64,000 bases of DNA from Octopus bimaculoides (lineage: Eukaryota), in the NCBI RefSeq assembly GCF_001194135.2, contig NC_068981.1:42521155-42585154 (forward strand), written 5' to 3'. Every line of letters starts with the position of its first letter. The first letter of the stretch is position 1. The notes beneath the pieces are model-generated. The model was not told where the DNA came from and did not search any database. It saw only the letters and a program-made list of their open reading frames with translations. Positions 39,605 to 51,056 of this stretch are shown in pieces. The translations under genes were made by a program, and so were the position numbers.

Positions 39605-40377
39605 CAGAGATTGGACAAAATAATAGAAACACCTTAAAATTTCAAATAAATTCATTTTAATATGAGGTAGGACCGCCTTTAGCAGTAATTACAACTTGAA
39701 TTCTACCAGGTATGGACTCGTACATAGTTTGAATTGTTTCCAAAGGAATTTTTGTCCATTCTTCAGCTAAAACAGTATCCGGTTCCTGTAGTGGTGATAG
39801 TGGAGGATATCGACTCCTTACTTATTTTTCTAAAATGCACCATAAATGTTCAATAATATTGAGATCTGGGGACTGTAGTGGCCAGATAAGATGTTCAATC
39901 TCACTAGGATCTTCCTCGTGCCATTCAGTAACAACTTTAGCTGTGTGAATTGGTGCACTGTCATCCTGAAAGATTGCGTATGCCTCTGGAAACATTTCCG
40001 CAACCATAGGATGAATTTGATCAGATGAAATGCTTAAGTAGCCTTGACAATTAATTCTGCCATGAAGGGAAACCATTGGGCCAGCGGATTTCCAAGATAT
40101 AGCCCCTAGATCACTACAGATGTTTTCGTTACACTTGCGCCTGCCACTCTAGCACAAACAATTTGATCTCTTTGAAAGTCCGATAAATCTGTCATTTTAA
40201 TGAATTTTAATTACCTTTTTCTGATGATATCTGAAAAGAAACAGCAATTTTAGCAAAATATATTAAGCAACACTAATAATAAAATCAAAAAACATAAAAA
40301 CAAAGAAGCTTTTGACGGTTTTATAGATATTTCAAAATTATGATGTTAGGTGTTTCCGTTATTTTGTCCAACCCCTG
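39605..40377 (-). mobile_element. Internally deleted Tc1-family transposon (about 773 bp) with both TIRs
   Basis: About 30-bp TIRs CAGAGATTGGACAAAATAATAGAAACACCT (39605-39634) and reverse complement CAGGGGTTGGACAAAATAACGGAAACACCT (40348-40377), with TA at 40378-40379. Confidence 0.92.
39657..40140 (-). pseudogene. C-terminal half of a Tc1 DD34E transposase
   Basis: HGRINCQGYLSI...IFQDDSAPIHTAKVV...WPLQSPDLNIIEHLWCILEK, then EEWTKIPLETIQTMYESIPGRIQVVITAKGGPTSY*. HTH and first D region are missing. Confidence 0.9.
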
Positions 40378-42805
40378 TATATGCTATAGTAAGTAGTTTT
40401 ATGTTTATTTAATGTATGTATATTCACAGTAGCGTAAAGTGTGACAATATCATACAAATCTTGTTTAACAGGCTGCCGACTGGCTGACTGGTTTGCAGAG
40501 CAACTCAGAGACATGCAACTTGGCAACGGGTTGCCGCTCTCTCAACATCTTCGCCCCACTGATCATCCTATCCATACCTCCTAAAATCTTTAAACTTTTT
40601 TCTCCCCTCACATTCCATCAATATACACTCTGCCCTTTGCCTCTATCTCGCATTTTTCACGCCTCTCCAATGCATCTCATTCACACTAACATTGTCCTCG
40701 CATGACCCTCATATCAACCAGCATTTCCTTAACATACTAACACGGTTTTCAAATAAACATACCTCATAACTCACTCCTCTTCCACACCTGCACACCTCAC
40801 ACACTCCTAAACTTTTCAGCCATCTAGTCTCCTTGATAGACCCGCATGCACAAGCAGATTCACACACACGTACACATATCGACATATTCACATATGTATG
40901 CCCTCAAATATCCACTCTTCTCACGTATACACAAGCGCGCGCCCACTCACATCACAATTCACTCACCATTTTGTTCCCCAATTATATTTTTTCGTTTTTT
41001 CCACCCGTACAAACATTAACACATTTTCTCACTCATTTACAGTCTTGTCTCCTACCTTGTCAATCCCACTTTGTATGAAAACTCTCTTTCACACTTTCCT
41101 TGCCACCAACTTTTTAGCTCCTCAACATATATATGCACACCCACAAGCATATACATACTCACACGCACGCACCTACACTTTCTTCTTTGACCTACCCTTG
41201 TCATCCTCTTACTCCCCTTTCTCGTCAGTGTTTAGACTAAAAAAAATATTCTTTCTGCCATTTTGATTACTTTGCTATTGCACCAAATTTTCTAGGCTAC
41301 GCAATCAAACTCCTGTGGTTGGTTTTCGCAGTTTTCGTTTCTCCAGACGTTTCCGTTTTCATCATCTCTGGATTCTCACTATCATTTGATTCTCAGAACT
41401 TTCTCTTTTCGTAACCTTATACAATCCTTAATTCTATTATCTGCCTATGTAAATGCATCCTCTTACTACGTTTACTTGTTTATTAGCTCCTACCTCCCGG
41501 CAATTTATACCAGTTGTGTATCTCCCCGGACTTATTATGAGTATTGTATTTTTATTTATTCTTTTACTTTATTTAGTTTTTTGAAATCAGTGTTTCGCTG
41601 TAATTATTGTTCTCTAATACTTCACTGAATTTTCTCTAAATTTCCTACAATTTTCTTCCCCAAATTGTCTCTTAATTTTCCATCACTTTTCTCTCCCTGA
41701 ACTCGTTTCTTTCTTTTCCCATTTTTTTCTTTTTTTTGTCCATTTTTTCTATTCCTCTTCTGTGTACACTTTTTACATCACATCCCTCTTACCCCACCAT
41801 GTTCTTCACTAATTCTCGTTTCTCACAGAAATAAATTTCTTTAATAAGTATTTTATTGTAATTATTTTTTTCTCAATTTTCTTAAAGGAGAAAAACAAAC
41901 AAGTGAGTTCAGGGACAGAAGAGAAGTAAGAGAAAATTGACAAAAGAGGAAACTCTTTATTACACTTTTTCTTCGTTTGGTCATTATTTCTCATTTTTTT
42001 CCTTCTTCTCATTTTCCATTTCCTCCTTTTCGCCTCTTCCGCTTATACATTAAGTTTTATTTTGTATTCTTCTTACTCTTCTACACGCCTTACTGATTGT
42101 TTTGCTCACAGAACATTATTTTTTTTTCACGAGAGTTGTATTGCTTTTTTTCCTTCTCCCCTCCTGTTCATAACTATTCTCCACATTATGGTATCTCACG
42201 CTAATACCGTTACATACACTTTCATCATCCCCACATTTCTCCCGCCTTCCCTTTCAGTTCACACTAGTACCCGTGCCCACCTAACCATGCCCACTACTTT
42301 CTCACACACACTTAACGATTACACGTGTACTCCAGTATGCTGTTTCCTCATTAAGACAGCACTATATTTCCATATTTGTACTCCAACACACACGCAAGCA
42401 GCGCAAATCCACACGTACAGCTCTCCTACATAAGACCACAGATACACACCTATATGTGCACACACACCCACGCACGCACACACACACCCTCTCCCTTGCT
42501 TCTTCCTTCATAAATTCTTTCATAGAAATGCTTTCCCATTTGTCCTCTAAACCTCGCTAGTGTGCTTTTCTTCTTCAGCCACTTTTCATCTTTCACACTC
42601 CTCCTATACTTTCTTCTATACTTTCCTTCTCATGAAAGGCTACCGTCCATAGGTTGGCGACATTTTCTCTTCCTTCTATGCATTAAACAAATACATTATT
42701 CGCTAAAACTTGTCTCTCCTGTGTTGCTTTTTTCTTTTTCCCTTTGTTCGTTACATTCACAATTTACATATATACCTACATACATGCCTACACCCACATA
42801 TAAAT

Positions 42806-42849
<44 letters not shown>

Positions 42850-42949
42850 TTTGAATAGAACCCTGGAAGATCTCATACCTAGACAACCAGGACCCCGCAC
42901 GCATACATTTAACACTAGGTCGAAAACTAAAACTGCTAAAACAGCTAAC

Positions 42950-43260
42950 AACAGACATTGCCACACCCCTCCATTCTCCAAAAATATAGATACCACTCCA
43001 TTCTCCAAAAACGTATATAACACTACTCATAAACATCCTAAAAAGTGGTGGACGCTCTGTTCTGTGGTACCCCCACCTCCTCACTTAACGTTAAGAACTT
43101 AGCTAAATCTTTCTTTAAAATACTAGATTTCAACTTCACTCGTCAACATGAATATTATTCTATCTTTAATAGATCCACCCTGAAACTATCCTATTCTGCC
43201 GCGGCCATCTTCGAATCTATCATATCTAATAAACAAAAGCTTTCTCTATTTAAGAAATGA
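42950..43260 (+). mobile_element. Penelope-like element remnant (RT-to-endonuclease linker)
   Basis: LWYP-(frameshift)-SLNVKNLAKSFFKILDFNFTRQHEYYSIFNRSTLKLSYS resembles PLE IWFNPP.S.NV.T.IG..F..L....F...H....IFNRNT.K.SYS. Upstream TPPFSKN motif is tandemly duplicated. Confidence 0.7.
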
Positions 43261-43328
43261 GGAATTATGTACATTATTTACATTATTTACGTTCCACGGA
43301 TATTTGTGCGAGTGTGTGAATACACACA

Positions 43329-43442
<114 letters not shown>

Positions 43443-44053
43443 AATATATATGATAATGTTAAAAGACTTGTGATCACCAAAATCACTAAACAATTAGATA
43501 TAATCACAAAGATATTTATACGAGTGATACATCTATCGGACAGTCTACGGTCGTGAAGGCAGGCATTTTAGAAGAAGTTGATAAATGTGGCTTTTTTCTA
43601 ATGTCCTGCTCATAGAAAGATAGATATGCATAGTTTTAGATATATTCTACCTAGAAACAATAAAAATGCAAAAAAAAAAAAACTAAAACAAAAAAAGGAT
43701 CCAGTATGTTTAGGGACACCTTAGCGAGTATAATTTACTTAAAATATTGTTGCCCACAAGAAATCTACGCACACTGAATACGAAGTGGCCCAAATTTTAG
43801 ATCTGCTACACGGGTACCTTTGAATAGAATGTTATTCCTAAACATAACCCTAATCCTATGTAGCAAACACCTTGAATTTATATTCATTGTAACAGATTTG
43901 GAAGAAGTGGCAGGCAAATTTAGATATTTCGGAAATAATTCCATGCAAATATTTACAATCCAACTTAGTTCGAATATGAATTCAAATGACAACGCTAGCA
44001 TATTGCTAGATATAAGCGCAGAAATGAGAAACAATTCATACAATACCCCAGTA

Positions 44054-44200
44054 TAATTTGGTTTCAAATTTTGGCACAAGGCTAGGCATTTTGGGAAGGG
44101 TGCTTGTCGATTACATCACCCCTATTATGAAACTCATACTTAATTTATCGACCCCCGAAAGGATGTAAGACAAAGTCGACCTCCGCGGAATTTGAACCCA
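44054..44200 (-). mobile_element. SINE family A, 5'-truncated
   Basis: GGTTTCAAATTTTGGCACAAGGC...TTTATCGACCCCCGAAAGGATGTAAGACAAAGTCGACCTCCGCGGAATTTGAAC. Confidence 0.8.
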
Positions 44201-44924
44201 GGCATATTTGAGTATGTATTACGAACATAAACATGCCCACACAAATGTTTGGTGTCTCTGACAGGGCTCTAAATTGCCAACATCTAAAGAAGCCTATGAG
44301 TAAAACAACTATTCGTTAATACGCGGTACTCGAACAAAATAGTAGACTAGGTAGCAGAGCAATTCTAGAATATATTCCCCATCGCAGATATAATAGGTAA
44401 ACACCTAACGTAGGTTTTTTTTGTGCATTATGACAGCTATTTCTTTCATGACCATCCCGCATATACTCTTCCCTTTAGGAAAGCGGTGATAGTGATTTAT
44501 TGGTGATTTTGTCTGTTGTTTTTACAAGTTGGAAGGTTTTTTTAGAGTTACAGTGAGTGTTGCGTAGCCTGAATGTTCATGAAGCTATGTAACCATCATC
44601 ATGTTCTGCTTCTTGTTCATGGTATCAAAGGAAAAAATATTCTTTCGCTCTGTATTTTCGACTATTCTGCACTTATGAATTACAGTCGTTTAGTATGTGC
44701 TTTTATTTTCCTAAGAGGCCTATTATTCAGTTAGTTATTAAACTATATCAACGAGAGTAAATCGATTCGTCACTGTATTATTTCTGTATACACATATTCA
44801 CTACAACATTTTAAGCTGATGTATTGGCAAATTGATTTACCAACGCTGACATCTCTACGTATCTAATATATTACTATAAAAACAATGAATTTGCGTCGGT
44901 TTCGAAGACTCAGATGTTGTTGCT

Positions 44925-45210
44925 TGATCACTGAACTAGTGCTTATGTAGCTGAGCAGTTCACAGACACGAACTTTTAATGTAATTCTCAAGCGGAATTA
45001 GCGTGGCACAGTATGTGACAGGGACACACCTTCAGATTACAGAAGCAATCCTTCCGATGGGCTTTCCTACAATTTCCGTCTGCCTAATTTCACAAGGATG
45101 GGATCGACTTGCAGCAATGGTGAAAAATTCTTTCCCCTGATGCTACGCAGAGAAATCGAATTTGGGACTTCATAATAGTGAAGTGAACTTCTTAATCATT
45201 CTGCCACGCT
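44925..45210 (-). mobile_element. Degenerate tRNA-headed SINE
   Basis: GTAGCTGAGCAGTTCACAGACACG...GTAATTCTC resembles the family B body; right end reverse complement GCGTGGCAGAATGATTAAGAAGTTCACTT is head-like. Confidence 0.5.
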
Positions 45211-45295
45211 GTATTCCAAAACTAACAGTTAGTATTAATATAGACATAATATAATTTGAAATTATGTGATGGTATTTAATTTTCTGGTGAATATA

Positions 45296-46420
45296 CAGTA
45301 CCGCGCAAAAGCCTTCGACCACTTAAACTATTGTAAATTTCTACTAGTTGCCAATTTACAAGTGGAGGTTTCGCATTGCATTTTTTACAAATGAAATTTG
45401 GCCCTGTTGGAGTCATTTCCATACCTAATCATTATATTTTGTACTAGGGGTTCTTAATGAGATGGGGAGATGTGAGACAACCACCAAAAATGGCCGTGCT
45501 AATGTTTTCGTCGACCTCACATAAACCAATCAAGATACAGTGTTTTAAAACAGAAAAATATTTATAATGAAAATTGATTACATAACGTTTATTTGAAGAA
45601 GATACTGTACATTGTTAATATTTCGTGTGGCTTTCCTTAGCTTTAATAACTGCTTCAATGTGCCTGGGAAAAGATGCATGCAAATCCTTTACCATTTTCA
45701 CAGGTATGAGATGTCATTTGGTGTGGTTCAGCAAGATCGCGTGGATTCTTCTTACGAACTCTTCTTAGTTCTGTCCACATTTACTCGATGATATTTAAGT
45801 TAGGGTTCTGAGCTGGACAATCTTTCAATACGGTAAAACCTTCATCAGCCAGACTCTTGTGTTGCACGCGATCTGTGGCATGGAGCTCCGTCATGCTGAA
45901 AAATCTCACCTTGATCCAAGTGTGGTATCAAATTATTCTTCAACAATTGGATGTATTTGGCACTATTCAAGTTACCATCAATTATAACCAACTTTCTTGA
46001 ACCATCACTTTTTACGCATCCCCAAAGCATCAGACTCTCACCACTAAACTTCACTGTTTTTGTCGTGTAACGTGGGACGTCTCGCTTTCTAACAAGCGAG
46101 AATTTGCCAGAAGGCCCCCAGGAAATGCATTCCAAACTAGTAAATTGTAATAATGCACAACATACAATATTCATTTTCTAGAACTGTACTTTCTCTAGAA
46201 AAGTAGTAATAGCTCCTTTGGAGGACATGAGATTAGAGTTTTCATACTGTTTATAAATGAAATTGATTTTATCAAATAGATCTGATAAATAAAATATCTC
46301 ACATTTAGCTGAATTTTTTTTCTTGCTTTTGCGGTTAATCTCCGAATGGATTTTAAGCTTAGCTTACTACATGCAATCATTTGACAGTACATCCATACAT
46401 ATGAGACATTATTTTCGTTT
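45296..46420 (-). mobile_element. Truncated Tc1-family transposon (third lineage), one TIR visible
   Basis: TA-CAGTACCGCGCAAAAGCCTTCGACCACT at 45294-45323. Minus-strand KTVKFSGESLMLWGCVKSDG..IDGNLNSAKYIQLL..IFQHDGAPCHRSRAT, DCPAQNPNLNIIE and IEAVIKAKESHTKY* (stop at about 45615). No matching TIR found upstream. Confidence 0.85.
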
Positions 46421-47642
46421 CATTCTGTGGCGATAGAATAAAGCCCTAAGCCAGATATTCAATGGAATACTGCCGGCATTGCTTCTTGGTTGGAGGGGTG
46501 GAATTATGGTTTAAGCACACCATATAACCCTTCATAACTTTTCTATATTTTATAATTTTCAGAGTTTTGCGAATTTGTCTTCTATACAGGAGAATTTATA
46601 AGATTATGTAAATAAAATTTTTGTATAAAATTTAAAGGGAATTTAGCTGTTGTTTTTAGCACATCCCACAGCCATCTGATACCGTCCTCGTTTCTTTATC
46701 ATTCTGATATGTATTGATGTTTCACAAGAGTGGTTTATTGCTGGAATTTAAGAAAAACGTTCTGATCTGTATTTTAAACGCTGATTAAAAAAAAAAAAAT
46801 CAAAACTCGAAAGAAAGCGGAAAATTTTAGGATTTATGTGGATTTTAAAGATTAAAAGAAAATCTATTCGTTTTCTGAACAATCGTATGAATCCCCATGC
46901 GTAGAAAACAAATTCGTAAAAATTTCCTGAAAATTCCCAAAAAACAAGAACCATAACGACCTGCAACTTTCATTTCCACTCTTATTTGCATCTCTTTTTA
47001 AATCAAAGTTTAAAATACGGGCAGTCAGAATTTTTGGCTTAAATCCCACCCTTGGATGCATCATCATCACATTAAATGTGTTTACGAAGAGAAAAATAAT
47101 GAAAAGCATGCAAACATTTCAGTGACAAAGAAACGAGGAAGGTATCATGTGATCAAGAGACGTGCTAAAAATAACAGTTAAATCGCCCATACATCACACA
47201 AATGTTTTGTTTATTTTCTTTTTTCATAATCATATGAATTCTCGTGTTGAAGACAAATTCGCAACAATTTTTCTGAAAATTCCCCAAAATAAGAAAAATT
47301 ATACGGAGGTATATGGGATGCTTAAACCAGAATTCCACAAACCGATTTACGTGACGATAATTAACACGAATATTAAATTTATCAGCAATGGATTAAAAAA
47401 ATTGTAAATTTATTTTCTTAGAACATAAATTAAAATACCAGTTATAGAAAATATGAAAACTTTCTTACCTTTACCCTAAAAACTGACCAGCATGGAGATC
47501 AATCTTGCGAAAATATGTCGAAGTCAACTTGTTAATAACAGAATGACTTCTTACGTGAAATGTCTCTCCCTCTCTCTCTTTCTCCCTCTCCCTCTCTCTC
47601 CTTCTCTCTCCCTCTCTCTCCTTCTCTCTCCCTCTCTCACTC

Positions 47643-47678
<36 letters not shown>

Positions 47679-47892
47679 NNNNNNNNNNNNNNNNNNNNNN
47701 NNNNNNNNNNNNNNNNNNNNNNNNNNNNNNNNNNNNNNNNNNNNNNNNNNNNNNNNNNNNNNNNNNNNNNNNNNNNNNNNNNNNNNNNNNNNNNNNNNNN
47801 NNNNNNNNNNNNNNNNNNNNNNNNNNNNNNNNNNNNNNNNNNNNNNNNNNNNNNNNNNNNNNNNNNNNNNNNNNNNNNNNNNNNNNNNNNNN

Positions 47893-47930
<38 letters not shown>

Positions 47931-48336
47931 CACACATCTTTGGGTAGCACTGACCAGCTATGCCTACCCTGTTCTTTGATGCTAAAGCCAAGTATGTGCG
48001 TGTATATGTGTTGGTATTCTTTTGTTGCTGCTGTTCTCGGCGTCATTATTTTCTCAGTATAGTTTTCTTTTCATCATATATGCTTCAAGTTATTTTTGCT
48101 TTATTTTTTCTTTATTCTTGTTTTAAAAAATAAAGTAGTATATAAATTAGGGAAGACAAGATTTGTAGCAATATTTTTCAGGGCGTTTTTTAAACAAGTT
48201 TCTTAGCCTCTGTGCAGGAATCCACATCGGAAACTTACTGGTCTAAAGCACAATTTTTTATGACTTCTGAAAAATTATTATGGAGCCCCAATTTACTGCG
48301 TTGCATCTTGTCTTAACTTACTCTTATTCATTTCAG

Positions 48337-48383
48337 AACATGTAGAAACATTTGTGAAAGAACAACTGGCTTTCAGCTGCTAA
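48337..48383 (+). other. Candidate short terminal coding exon (unverified)
   Basis: Strong acceptor CTTAAC..CTCTTATTCATTTCAG; phase-1 reading xHVETFVKEQLAFSC*; AATAAA at 48403. No recognised homology. Confidence 0.15.
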
Positions 48384-50194
48384 TTAGGCTTCCAGAAGGG
48401 GAAATAAATATAAAATACAAAACTTATGAAAGGCAACGCAAATTATTGCTTTACTTTGTTTATTGATGTATTATTAATACTGCACGTACAATTTCCAGTT
48501 TTAGTGGATGCTAGAAGAAGCTTGAAAACCGCACACAATAAAAAGTATAATTCTAATTTTATAGTCTAACAGTCTGGAAACATCATTGTCTCTGGCTGTC
48601 ATATAAAGCAGACCTTCCTGAATATGACATGAACAACAGTATAAAAACCTATAAAGTTGATAAGAAGCAGATGTGAAGACTAAACTTAATAAATTGTCCT
48701 CCAATGCCCTGCAGGAAATAATTTCATGAATAAGAGACAAAAAGTAGACGGAATAACATTACAAAACTACATCAATAACATCGTAACACAAAAAAGCCTG
48801 TTCTTTTCTATTTATTTTACAGGTTAAACATTTAATGACAAAGTGCATTTTTCAGCTGGAGGGAGATGCGTATGCACGCATACATGCACATTCTTTCATG
48901 AGAAACTGTAACAAATTATTCTGGGTGAACTTTTCTTTGCGAGAATAACATATGATGAAAATAACTTTCGATAGAAATTTAAACATGAAATATATGTTTG
49001 AGGCGTGGTTGTAGCATATGATCACATTTAACTCACAATATTATTCAAGAGTGATATGTATAGACAAAATTACACTTGTTAGATGCTTCTTAATAATAAT
49101 TTAGTTTACTTTTTTTTAAATACTGATTTAAGGTGTTTGTATTTATCAGTCTAAGTTAAAGCAATCGAATACAAATAAAAATAAAACTTGCATCATAATT
49201 TCATTACCGCTGTAAGCTGTAGGGATGTACAACAACCGAACAAGTAATACATTCCTATCACATTTGGTTACTTTGTACTTACAGTCTCAATTGTAAGTAC
49301 GCCCACGTCAAGGTCGTCTGTCGTATATATAATTTTAGTTAATCTTCTGTCTTCCGGTGAACAGTTATTTAATGTCTAATTGACCAAATTTAGATCACCC
49401 ACTACAACTCAGGTTTATAGTCCTACAGAATGTATGCTAAATAGATGGTGGTATCGAAACTTTCGTTATCTTCCTAATCTTATTCGTCGATTGGCGGAAA
49501 AGCTATGAAGTTTACATATTTTATCGACACAACTGACAGTTGATGACAGAGGTGGTGCTGCAGGTAGCTATTAAAAAAACTGGTCGTAGTGACGTTGTGT
49601 TAGTCACATGCTATAGGAAATTCGGCCTGGGAGGAGCTTCATTATAGGACTGCTCGATTAGGGCTGGCACATACTCACCTGCATACAGATGTTGTATTAT
49701 GATCAGATGTCATAAAATGACAACAATAAGAGATACGTCTACGAAGTGGTGAACCTGGTAGAAATGGCGGATACATCTCCGTCAAATAATACTGTCTGCT
49801 ATCTCAATAAATGAAATATATTGCAGAAAACCAAATACAGGAAACAAATACACGAGTATTGTAATGTCACTTTCAATACTAGTAACTTCTACTGTAACAG
49901 CAATAAGACTAGAAATGGTGATCGAATAAAAAACAACAGTGATGACAATGACAGCGACAACAATAACAGTGCTCTGTCTCAATTCTCCATGTCAAACGAT
50001 CCAAATGCAGATTGTACAAAATTGTAGAACGGTTTTTGTGTGATTTTCCTGAAGTTACGTACGAATAAACATATATCTAAATCTACATACTTCTGACACA
50101 TGGATGAATATAGTTGATAATTTGATAATTAATTAACAATATTTACACACACACACACATTCGTGAGTGTGCGCGCGCTCGTACGACGAGCTTT

Positions 50195-50345
50195 CAGTTT
50201 TCGACCAAATCCACTTACTAGGATTTGGTCAGCCCGGGTCTGTAGTAAAAGACACTTGCGTAAGGCACAATGCAGTGGGACTGAACCCGAACCAGAAGCT
50301 TGTGTTTAGGAAGCTAACTTCTTACCACACAACCACGCTTGTCTG
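50195..50345 (-). mobile_element. tRNA-headed SINE 5' part
   Basis: Reverse complement GCGTGGTTGTGTGGTAAGAAGTTAGCTTCC...GGTTCAGTCCCACTGCATTGTG matches the head at 60590. Confidence 0.7.
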
Positions 50346-51000
50346 CGCGCGTGATGTATGTGTGTATGTGTGTTACGTGTGTACATATATATATTCTGTG
50401 TTTGTGTGTGTATACATACATACATACACATATATANNNNNNNNNNNNNNNNNNNNNNNNNNNNNNNNNNNNNNNNNNNNNNNNNNNNNNNNNNNNNNNN
50501 NNNNNNNNNNNNNNNNNNNNNNNNNNNNNNNNNNNNNNNNNNNNNNNNNNNNNNNNNNNNNNNNNNNNNNNNNNNNNNNNNNNNNNNNNNNNNNNNNNNN
50601 NNNNNNNNNNNNNNNNNNNNNNNNNNNNNNNNNNNNNNNNNNNNNNNNNNNNNNNNNNNNNNNNNNNNNNNNNNNNNNNNNNNNNNNNNNNNNNNNNNNN
50701 NNNNNNNNNNNNNNNNNNNNNNNNNNNNNNNNNNNNNNNNNNNNNNNNNNNNNNNNNNNNNNNNNNNNNNNNNNNNNNNNNNNNNNNNNNNNNNNNNNNN
50801 NNNNNNNNNNNNNNNNNNNNNNNNNNNNNNNNNNNNNNNNNNNNNNNNNNNNNNNNNNNNNNNNNNNNNNNNNNNNNNNNNNNNNNNNNNNNNNNNNNNN
50901 NNNNNNNNNNNNNNNNNNNNNNNNNNNNNNNNNNNNNNNNNNNNNNNNNNNNNNNNNNNNNNNNNNNNNNNNNNNNNNNNNNNNNNNNNNNNNNNNNNNN

Positions 51001-51056
<56 letters not shown>

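Noticed and set aside
49782-49982. Hydrophobic 66-aa ORF resembling a membrane peptide
   Set aside because: Non-ATG start, and the hydrophobicity derives from a degenerate (TTG/TCA) triplet tract.
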